In this document: positions 14,001 through 25,218 of the stretch, in pieces
Layout: every line of letters begins with the position of its first letter
Numbering within the stretch: the first letter of the stretch is position 1
Translations under genes and position numbers: made by a program
The notes under the pieces: generated by a model
What the model was told of the DNA's origin: nothing
The model's database searches: none
The model's input: only the letters and a program-made list of their open reading frames with translations
Assembly (NCBI GenBank): GCA_964057225.1
Contig: OZ059898.1
Coordinates: forward strand, 15,686,001-15,750,000
DNA length: 64,000 nt
Origin: Auanema rhodensis
Taxonomy: Eukaryota; Animalia; Nematoda
Reading direction: 5' to 3'

Positions 14001-16581
14001 TTGTTGAGTTTATATATCGTTCTGTTTTGAAGACGTTGACTGCTTTAACTGAATGGAAAAACTTTCTCCGTGTAACCCCAGGAAGAACAGCTGAGCTTTG
14101 TGTCGCTCGAACATGGAGCAGGAATGGCGATCCATCGAAAATCCTCATGAAAGTAAAATTCCACGGAATACAGCGCGATGCTCTTACAATGGTTATTTTT
14201 TATCTATATATATTTAATTATGTCTTTCTTCCAGTATCATGGTGAGCAACTTGGCAAGGCTACTATAACTGCGGCATCTTTCCGTAATGTAGATATTTTA
14301 CCAACCATCGCTTTAAAGTATTTGACTTCATTTTTTAATATCATTCTTACTTACATAATTTTTTAAGTTTTCTATTCAATACTGTACAACAGTCTAGTCC
14401 TTTCAAGATTGAGCCTCTTGGACCTCAAGATGTGTTCCAATCAGGGTTCCAAATACACCGTCTCCTCTTAACTTATAAGTACACAGGTACGTGTTATTAT
14501 TTTATTGGTTATATTTTCATTGTTCTGCTCTGTTAGTGACGAAAGCTTCCGGATTTTACTTCGTACTTGGTGGACTTACGAGGTATTTGTATGAATCTCC
14601 GGTGGATTGTGTAAGATGTCAGGTTTTCACTTCCAACAAAGAATATGTAGGAGCTAGTGGAGTATATCCGGAAAGAGTATGTCTTATCTCATGTTATATA
14701 ACTCTTCCTTACTCTTCATATAGAATCCAGTTCACTTAGAAGCAGGAGAATATATCATTCAAGTTCAAGTTCGTCACCATGACCTCCAAGTTTTAGAAAA
14801 CTTGCGTGATATTCCACTTCAGTATATAATCTGATTTTTTATATTTATATGTATCAAATTTCTTATAGAGTTGTCATCAAACTTCCACAATCAATCAAGC
14901 TGGATCTTTTCAGAACTATTAAACAAGCTGTCACCGGTATGAAATCAGAGGTCGTTATCTGACTATCATCGTGTTTTCAGAAACCAAAGAAACTATGAAG
15001 AAAACTATCCTCGGTCATGGAAAACAATTCTCTTTCTTCTACCGTAGTTTAGCTCCCGAGAAGTGAAACATTTTTGTTCTTAACTAAGTTAGAATTTATC
15101 TTTTCAGGTTCAAAGGATTGCCCGTACGTGCTGGATCTACGTTCTCCGGCAATTTGAAAGTTCTTACTGAACCTAATGGCAGAGCGGTGCGCCTTATCAA
15201 ATTATTAATTTGATTTTGTTAATTCCAGGTTGATGAAACTTCTTTTACCTATGTTGTGCCTGAGTTCTCTGAAAAATCCTCAGCCGGCTTATCTGAAGTA
15301 GTGATGAAAGAAAAACCCGAGAAGAAAACTTTGAAGCAACAAATGGATGGTATAGTTTATATACAAAATGCTTAAATTTCAAATTCTTATTTAGAGCGTC
15401 TTCGTGATATTCAAATTGTTTGGCTAGCAAACCTTACTGATGAAAAAGAAGCTGACCTGCTATACAATGAACTTGTTGCCAAGTATCCAACACATTTGCC
15501 TCTTCTCTTAAGCAAACTTGATCAAATCTATAAGAAGAATGTATGGAGTTTGAATATTTCGAAGTTGACATTAGTTTTTAAGGTTCACAATGATTCTGAT
15601 ATGGCGCTTTTGAATCAGATTTGCGAACAGATAATGGATATTTGTAAGCCTACCGAAGTTCTTCAATTCTTCGGATGCTGCAAGGAAGGTGTTGAAGATC
15701 AAGTCAATATAAAGAAGTACTGTATATCTTGTTTATTAAGTTAAAAAAATATTTTATCAGGGATATGGAAAAAAGAAAAGAAGCTATCATTGGGTGTCTT
15801 CTTGTTAAAGCACATGTACTTGCTAACAATCATTTGAGAATCAGTACTTTGAATATACCACCAAGCTTCCGTGAAGCAAACATAATGGAACTTGCTTCAG
15901 CTTTCGTAAGTATAAAATTTAAAAAATACAGTAATTTTAATTTACAGCCTCCTGTTATTCAAAATGAGAATCAAGCTGCTGAAGCTAAATTTTTGAAGAA
16001 TGATAAGGTTGAAACTGTTTCTTCCCTTGATGAGATTACTGACGAAACCCCAAAGAAAGAAGAGAAGCCTAATTCGGTTTCAGATGATAATACTGCTTCC
16101 GATCCCTCCAAAAAAGAGGATAAAACTGAAGGCGTTCGAGTAGCATTAAATTCATAATCAAATGAAATTATTTCAATATATTCAGGTTACACGAGAAATG
16201 GTTGACTCTGCATATTTTGAATTATTGAAGTGGACCGGATCCGAGGATAATAAAGTAAGTTTCTTGTTGATTTGTTAAGTAAATGTTTTACTATAGGTTC
16301 TCTTCCTTTCTGCTAAACAAGCAATTGCTCATGAACACTTCGGCCGTGCCTTGAAGTTCCTACAAAAGGCTTCTGATGCCGCAAAATCGAAAGGAACACA
16401 AACCTGTAAAATTGACACAGCTGTTTCTGAAGTATGATAGTATATGTACAAATGGGTTCTGATCTGATATACGTTTCAGATTTGTGACAACCTAGGATGG
16501 GTGCACATCAGCAATCTCATGAAAAATAAGGCATTGCACAAGAAAGCTGTAGCTTTCCGACCATTTCAATGTATTCAATAG
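11004..16581 (+). CDS. tpp-2: Tripeptidyl peptidase II (subtilase), about 34 short introns
   Basis: [21 protein letters not shown] (catalytic Asp), [12 protein letters not shown] (His), [13 protein letters not shown] (Ser), RGIYLRE and a C-terminal LGWVH..FRPF. A longer N-terminus is possible (see findings). Confidence 0.96.
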
Positions 16582-18918
16582 TGTAAGCACGCCATGTCGA
16601 TAAACTAGATGTATTATGAACAAATTTTTTAATTCTTACGGTTAACAAAGTTTTTAAATATTTTTTTTTGAAATTTTTCTTTCAACTGATCATCCTTAAT
16701 ACGGTATATAGAGACACCTTATTTAGTCATTTTTCTATTTCACGCCATACAAGGCTGAGTCAGATGTCACCATAACAGCGAAATGAAACAAAATCACCAA
16801 AATTTATTGGAATTCTGGTTCAGATGACATCAAGGCATTCAATATTAAAACGTAGTTGAATCAGAATTCCTAAAAAATCTGTGAGCTTATGACTGTACCT
16901 ACAATCTCTTTTGAGTCATGTAAATGTAAATGATTGTCGAGTTCTTTTTCCCGTTCGAGTTAGAAGAGTGGCACTTGAAACAGCTTAAAGAGTAAAGAAA
17001 TCAAGGTGTTGACATAGCTTGTTCTATTACCTTTTCCAGACATAAGACCTTCAACAAACATTCCAAACAGAGGTTAAGGGTAAACCATGTAAGATTGCAG
17101 AAGCCGAAGTCATCAAACGATCTAAGAGATCAAAAAAAACGTTGAAACTACATATTGTGAAAGTGAATCATGAAAGGAAACACTTCGGAAAGCCTCTTCC
17201 GGCATTGGTTGATAGAATGCAACTTCAAGGGCTCCTCGAGAAGTTTCAATGATGAAATGGAGCAGCATGGCATTTAATCATGATTAGTCATCGGAAATTA
17301 GAAGAAAACTGGGTGTGAGCTGATTCGTGTTTCCAATTTAGGTAAAATTATGATTCTATTAATCATTTGTTGTAATTTTAACTGGATGAGCCTGTTCTTG
17401 ATTTCTGTTCTACGTTCAGAAGACAATCAGAACACAAAAAAGGACTGAATATCATATAAAAGTGCCGATGACACATCATTATACTTTTAAATTTTTAAAA
17501 AACAAGTTTCAATGCTGTTGTAGTTTCTATGTTTACCATTAGAATCCGTAATGCGTCAATTGTGACCACATTTTCTATCGACATCATCTAGAAGGGTTAC
17601 AACAAGAAGCAGACAAGGACGGTTCTCCCGCACCTGATGTCATTGTCTTCACGTGGCCAGTTAGCCACACCCTTACACTAGATGTTCTCTTTTTTAGGCG
17701 GTTGAAATTTGTAAACAAAAGAAATGAGGAGGTCGCTAATCACCTGAACACGTTCACAAGTAAACGAGATCGTGAAGAAATCTGAAAGACCAATTTTTTC
17801 GACAAGCCTTGAAACAGCTCAAGTAATCGCCCCTACGAATTAACCTACATTCCGCTGATCTTTGTTCATTGCTGCAAAGGGTGTTAAGCATTTCGCGATC
17901 GTTTGTGTGTTCCAACCAAAATTCTAAAGAACTTTCTTTACTTTCATTCTTTTAGAGAACGCTCAAACTTTCACGTAAGTTTTGAGTCAAGTTGAGCAAT
18001 GTTGTATATTTATGTGTATGAATAGTTAGGGACACCGTTGTTGTGGAATTATATGCCAAGAAAAGTAAATCTGATTGAGAAATATACAAGAATACCTGAA
18101 ATTACGTTTGTATTTCGTTAAGTAAACATGGGCAGGAACGTGTAAAAAGGTTACAAGTTTGTAATTCAATTGGCAACTTGAAGAAATCTAAACCTATCGA
18201 TTTCGTGATTTTTCAGAAAATAGTTGAACGGATGCCAACAAAATGGGTTGATTGAGCGAAAAAAAAATCATTTTTACCTCAGTGAATGGGTGGTGCAGCT
18301 GTGTTTTTATATTAAATATAATTAGTCATATACATTCTTATGAAATCCAATATAGTTTCTAAATTCTGAGGTGTTTTTTTTGAGAGAAAATAGAAAAATC
18401 AGACTATGATTCGATATCAGAATACATTTTTTGCCAAATCAAAAAAAAACTATTAAACCTATGTTTGAATGAATTGAATTGGCTTTTCATTTTTTTGACC
18501 TAAGCTCACTCCTACACATAAACGATGTGTCATATCTGTCCAATGAATATGATCCAAACGAATTTCTCAGAATTCTTACCTTGGAGTTGTGAAATCAAGA
18601 AGTTTTTTTCCCTGCAGCTACACTACAGTACACGTGCGTAGTATACATGCTTAAAGGATAAATGTAAATAGGTGTTACTGACAAACTTCATACCAAATTG
18701 ATAGAAGAAGCTTTCTAATTTCAAATACTGATAACAGGTTTTTCAATATTATCTCGGGCATTTACATTAATTAGAATTTACATATGCGTAGGGCGTTGTC
18801 CATTATATGAAGGGTCTTCCGTTGACATGCTAGTTCACGTGCTCGATATGATTCATCAGAAGTATTCGAACAAGAGGGGGGGGGGGCAACGCCCCAAACA
18901 GAAAAAGGCTGGAAGTTC

Positions 18919-18926
18919 TATAAAAG
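18919..18926 (+). promoter_or_regulatory. Candidate TATA box (TATAAAAG) after a G11 tract, upstream of hsp-43
   Basis: Consensus match about 1.07 kb before the TTTTCAG acceptor that precedes the hsp-43 ATG; supported by position only. Confidence 0.35.
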
Positions 18927-19989
18927 GAAAGGGAGAATTCGACGATCAGCCAACAATTTTATATCTCACCTCTGAATGATTTCATTCACTTTGTCCGTGT
19001 AATTGAATCGAATATTTGATATTTGGCATCTGTTAAACACATATTCTATTGCCTGGCTTTAAGCATTCCAATATAAGCTAACAATCTCTCTTTCGTTTCA
19101 TTTTTCTTTTCCAAAACTTATTTTAATAGTCTTGATGTTCTAATTGTATGATTCACAAGAATAATGCTTTTCATACACTTCCCATTCTCGTTTTTCAATT
19201 TTTTTAAATAAAGAAAGTGAAGTGACGGCTATTTAATGGCATTAACTTCCATATGCATTAATCAAAATATATTTTTTTTATTCACCCAATTCAAAATATG
19301 ATATTTAGAACATATATTAGAAAAGAATTTCATCAACTTTCTATGAGACAAAATTTTAAATTACAGCATATTCGCTTCAAAAGTTTCAATAAAGAACTGT
19401 ATCATCATTATTTTCATTTTTACTTTTTTTTTTGCCCTCTTGCCTATAATTCTTGTTTCGGAAAATTTCCAAATAATTACTATCTGACGTTATGAGCTCC
19501 GCCTTCCATAGTTGGAGTCATTTTCTTGTGTTTTTCTTCTCTTTCAACGCCAGTTTAACAATTTTTCTCGAAATCTTCTATAATTAGAAAAGGTTATTCG
19601 TATTTCATGATAGTTCCATGAATTCTATTTTACTTTCTTCCGATTCCTAAAAATTCGTTTGTTTATTATTATGAATGATCCGATCAATTAAACATCATTC
19701 GTATTTATACATGCAATTTATGAAATTGGCCTTTTTCTCTATTTCGAGATGCTTGTCATCTCAAAGTTATTGAAAATGTGCGATAAAACTCATAAAAGCA
19801 GCACAAATGTGTTGATTTTCGGCTGTAACTCCGCCTATTTGCGTCGAGACATGGTTTTTGATCAGTCATCATCCAACTTGTTCATTGCGAAGTTTTCATT
19901 TTGAACCTAAACATTCTACACATTTTCTCTTTGCTACTGTTCATTTCTGTAATCTATTTAATTTGATTTCAAGCTGTTCTTTTCAGAAA

Positions 19990-22900
19990 ATGGCTGTTGC
20001 TATGCGTCGTTGGCACGATGATCTTCCTCTTCATCACCGACAATCGTCCTGGGGGCGCGATGACTGGATGAGCGATTGGAAAGATTGGCCCAAGGATTGG
20101 CCAAATCCAAAGGATATCATGGGCAAGGTAAGAGTTAAAGTTGTATTTTTGTCACATCAGACCCAGAAGAAACATGTAAATATCCGAATATTGATTCGGT
20201 TTTGGGTGTAATTTTCGTTTATGTTGCTAAATTTAGCAAAGTGCTGCCTGGAATTGTCGTATTTTCGATCTTGTTTTGTCATTCAGATTACGAAATCAAT
20301 ATTATTTTGCCATAGTTTGCTAGCACAACGATTCAGTAATCCGAAAAACGTTCTAAAAGGGTGGCGGAGATTGAGAAGGAAGTGAAAAAGTAATAAAGAG
20401 GAGTAAGAGAAGAATAATCATTTATCTACTTTCAACTAAATTTTCTACTTTTCTTCAACTTTTCAATCGGTTTTTGTATTTCAAAACGACTTTCTGGAAC
20501 CTTTCACATGTGTTTCATAAAGCATATAAAAAAATAAAACTGAAATACAGAGAGAGAGGAAAAGAAAAAAGAGAGAAACCCAGCATATTCATGCCCTGCA
20601 GCACATCAACAAACTCATTACGGTACAGGTGGCCAAATACGTCAATTTTTATGTATATTGATTAGTTCAGGTAGCTATTATATTCTCCGTAAAAATCATA
20701 CCAACAGCCTTCTCTATCCATTCTCTTTCAGCCAGTCCTCATCTAGTAGTCATCATACCTCATTCACGTATAGTTCTCAACTATCTATCTTCTCTCTTCC
20801 TCTCTTTATTCACTTGATTCACCTCTCTCTCTCTTTGTTTCTCTTCCTCTGTTGGAACTCCGCCTATACCTCGTTATCGCTCGCTAAGTTAGCCATCCAG
20901 TTATTCTCTTTCTGTCCAAAGACAGTCAATTCATTGCAATTTAGAGCGAAGGATCTAAGCTAGACTATATCCTCTTCGTGTTTTTCAACTATTTTCCAGA
21001 AAAAACTGCTTACTTTTGTTATTATTTGCACTGAAATTCCTAACATTTCCGAATTTTGACTCATCCTATTCAGAAAAATTCGAATAATTCAAATAATTCA
21101 AATAATTTTCTTAAATATGTTTTCTGTTTCAGTTTTGGAGTGACACCGACCACTGGTGGCGCGACTGGCCCTCCGATTGGCCACGTATGGATGCCGTCAT
21201 GCCTCGCGTAAGTTTTCATTTCATATTTGGTAACTTGTGAAGATGAGTCGATGTCAACAATGACGTTGATGTACCGTTCCTCCTCAGTTCCAGGCTTCTA
21301 GTCTGTCGAGGAATAGGCCAAAATGGAAAAGGGGAGGAGTGAGGAAGAGGTTGATCGGAACAAACAAAGTTCTCAGCAGAAAATAGAAGCCAAAGAAAGA
21401 AGAGTCAGATACAAGTGAGGGAATGAGAATAGAACTGAGAATAAGTGAAAATCATTGAATACATCATGTTTGCCACCTTTTAACGATAGAAGGAAGAACC
21501 AACAAGGCAAATATCGAAGCTCATACTCATTTTGCCCTTTCATGGGGAAAGCACATGCCGTTTTTTGCTCTTCTCAGACTAGATTTCATTTTCAATTTCT
21601 CAACAGCCCACGACATTCAAAACTTTTCCGGCTGTCGTTACCAGCGGCTTGATTTTTTTTATTTTTAGAGTTGTTAAACCATTTTGTACAGCAATTTCTT
21701 CCTATTTTTATTGAATACACCAAAAATGTCGTATGGAAATTCGATGAAAAACGCTTTATGTATATATATTTTTTTATAATATCAGTCATGAAATGTTTCA
21801 AAAATATACAAGAAAATCATATAATCATACCGTAGTCAAAGAATGTTGTTCTTTTATTCCATTTCTTCTCTAAACAACACTATTCAACAACATTTTTCTT
21901 TCCCTTTTTTTCGTTTTGATCGACTAATATGAGCTGCTCTCAAGGTCAAACGCAGATTAAACACAGAAACTTTAATTGGTTTTATGGAATAATTAATGAA
22001 ATTTTTGTTTTCTGAATTTCATTTAACACAACAACAATGTTTCAGATGACTTCCCAGTTAGATCGCATTGACCGTAACTGGAGAGACGATCCATTCTGGA
22101 TGGATATTTATCCCCGTTGGGCTGAACCTATTTTCAAGGTCTTTAGTCGGAAATCATTCAACTTTAACCGCAACTTTATTTTTTAGGATGGAATCGATGT
22201 TCACTCATCTATCACTAATGATGATCGCCGTTTTGCTGTTGATATCGATTGTTACCAGTTTAGACCAGAAGAAATTCAGGTTAGGTTTTATTTAAAAGCT
22301 TTGCTTGGATTATTGGAATAAGAAGAAAATGGAAAAATGAATTATTACCAAATGTTATTGTCACATGTCTCAACGAGCTATTCCAGGTAAAAACATTGGA
22401 CGATACTCTGATCATCGAAGGTCGTCATGAAGACGTCAAAGATCGTGATAATTTCACAAAAATGTACTTCATTCGTAAATACCAACTTCCTCAAGATCTG
22501 GAATTAAGTCAACTTTCCAGCTCTATTGATAACCGCGTAAGGATGCCTATCTCTTAATCTCTTTTGAACTTTTTTTTATCAAATATTATTGTCATAATGG
22601 AGGGTTTATATCTGAAATTTAGGGTCGTCTGAGCGTTGAAGCTCCAAGAAGAGCTCCATTAGCTGTCAACAGCAGAGAACGTGTAATCCCTATTGAAGGA
22701 CCAAGTGGCCGCCGTACCGCTACCAGCACCAATACTTCTCCTCGTGGACGTCATGATTCCGGATATTCGAGTCTGTTTTTCAAAAACATTAAAAATTACT
22801 TGGATGATATGAAAGACAAGATGCATCAAGCTGTTAAACCTTCAACCAAAAAGGGACCAGCCACTGAAACGGCACTGTAAATCCTGTATCTCTGTCACAT

Positions 22901-24356
22901 CTTCTACCCAAATACATGAACTCATTACGCAATACTTTAGAGATTTAGCCATTTCACTTACTATTTTCTTTCAAGTTTCTATTAATTATTTGATTATATT
23001 AAGCATATAAACTTAGTCAACTTCCAATATATTTTATTATAATTATAAATATTTTGTAAGAAATAAATTATTTTACACAATTTTTTGTTCAGACGGCTAC
23101 TCTTCTCGTGGACAGACATCTCCAATTCATATTCAAACTGCTGCTGACGATCATCGTGGACGTGAAATCCGTGTGGATACTAGCTACGGAAGCGGCCGTG
23201 ATAGCTCTCGTGGAGGTGATTTCTCCGGTCGTAGTGATAATCGCGAATTCCGTGATCATCTGAGCCCTAACTCTCGTGATGGCTACACCACTTCCCACTC
23301 ATACAGGTACAACAAACAACGTGTCAATGTGCTAGAGCAATGGTTTGAATTCATTTCAGTTATCACCGTAGTGAATCAAGATCTCGCTTATCTCCACATG
23401 ATGTGACAATTTCCAATGAAAATAGAGCTTATGGTAACAATAACAGTCCTCATCGTAATAACTTTGATTCAAGATCAACTGATCATCACTCTGGTTAGTT
23501 TTAATTTTCAAATTTTAAACGTTTTTTTCTCAAAAAAAAAACAAAAATTTTCAATTTTTCTTTATTGTATCTTTGAAAACCGTCTCTTATTTTTTAATCA
23601 AACATTAGTTATTCAACAATCATCAGACGAGGCAAGGTCTCCAGCTCCTGGAATGTTCGAAGAGCTTCGTGACAAATTTGAAAAAGGTTCAGGTTTCGAC
23701 GAATCAAAGTCTTGAGCACAACGCATACCACCTCAATCCCCTTCATATATCCTCACTTTGCCATATAATTTGCTCATGAATCATTATAAATGATTTTTCA
23801 ATGAACATTACCTTTGCACATTGCATGTAAATCAAGAAAACCATTGAAATTACAATGAATTTGCTAACTCTGATCTCCCAACTAAATTCACAAACAGAAA
23901 ACAAGACGAATATCAAATGAAAATAAATAGTTTCTTCAATTTACAGGATTCCGTTCTCAATCACGAGGACCTGAAGTTCGAGTTGATACTTCCCGTAGTG
24001 AGTCTCGTAATCGTGATCGAGATTATCACTCCAATGGATATTCCACCAATGAAAGTCGAAACGGTACGTTAATTGGAAACAAAATTTTTGCAAAATGAAA
24101 GCAAAAAACAAACTTGAAGCCGTTTTAAAGTTTGAGTATGAGTTTGAGCTTCTAAAGATAAACGGTTTTATACATTAATACAAACATGAACATGTCCATC
24201 TTTCTCATAATAGTTGTAATTTCAGGATATCGTGTTGAATCTCCAGCTTCAACAACTACTGGAATCTTGAAGAATACTTCTGATTTACCACCCCGTGCTG
24301 AGTCTCGTTCTGAAAGCCTTCGTAGCGTTCAAATTCTCAGAAAGACCTTTGGTTAG
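19990..24356 (+). CDS. hsp-43: Small heat-shock protein HSP-43 (alpha-crystallin domain with Ser/Arg-rich tail)
   Basis: Trp/Asp/Pro-rich N-terminus (DWKDWPKDWP, WWRDWPSDWPRMDAVMPR, DPFWMDIYPRWAEPIFK), then DCYQFRPEEIQVKTLDDTLIIEGRHED..KMYFIRKYQLP. The longest form ends RSVQILRKTFG*. Confidence 0.93.
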
Positions 24357-25218
24357 GCAGCTTTAAAGTAATGATTTCATTCATAACGACATCGAATGTG
24401 ATTATAATTCTAACATAACATCACATTTATACACAATTCTTCATATATATTGGCTCAAAAAAAAGTTTTTAACTCAACTGTATTGTCTTTAAAACAAAAA
24501 AAACTTCCATTTCATTGGCCTTACACATCTTCGTCATCAACCTTTGTATTTCATTTTTACCTTGAATGCTTTTATTATTTGGCTAGTCCAACTCATGCTT
24601 CTAGTTCTAGTTATTTGTCTGAGTATATACATTCATATGTTTTCTTTTTATTTTCAAAAATAAATTTTATTTGACGATGTACGAGACCAACTACTATTCT
24701 ACAAATTCATCGTTTTTCTACAAGAAGAAACAGTCTATTTTATAATTTCAAAATACAAATCTATATTTGAATATTTTGATTTGAACTAATAATTTAGAAC
24801 AGACACTATATATACTACTGAACAGCACTATTTTCAGTTTGAAACACACTCAGAAGTCTAGTTAATCAATTTGCGAAAAAGAGAGAGAGAGAGAGTTAGA
24901 AGAAATAGATTATTGACATGCTTCAGAAGTTCTTAATGGTTTCGAAGCAATTCTAGACGTTGTTTTAGGCAATAGCTAACGCCTAGGCCGGCAAGTGAAA
25001 GAGACAATATTGCAAAAAAGTGAATTTTACCACTGATAGAATATAAACTTTCATAGCAGCTTTCTCAGTACTTCATACCTCAGTCACTGTGAATTTCAGT
25101 TTGAAGAGAGTGTATGAATGTTTTTCGAAAGTAATTTACTACAATCTACTATGGATTACAAGAACTGCAGAGAGTTGAACGTTTTCAAAAAAAGCTTCAA
25201 GCAAAACCAAGTTAGAGA

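Noticed and set aside
18876-18886. G11 tract as a G-quadruplex
   Set aside because: Too short for a three-tier intramolecular quadruplex by itself.
20492-20504. Heat-shock element TTCtgGAAccTTT in hsp-43 intron 1
   Set aside because: Only two perfect pentamer units, expected by chance in AT-rich DNA. No canonical three-unit element was spotted upstream.
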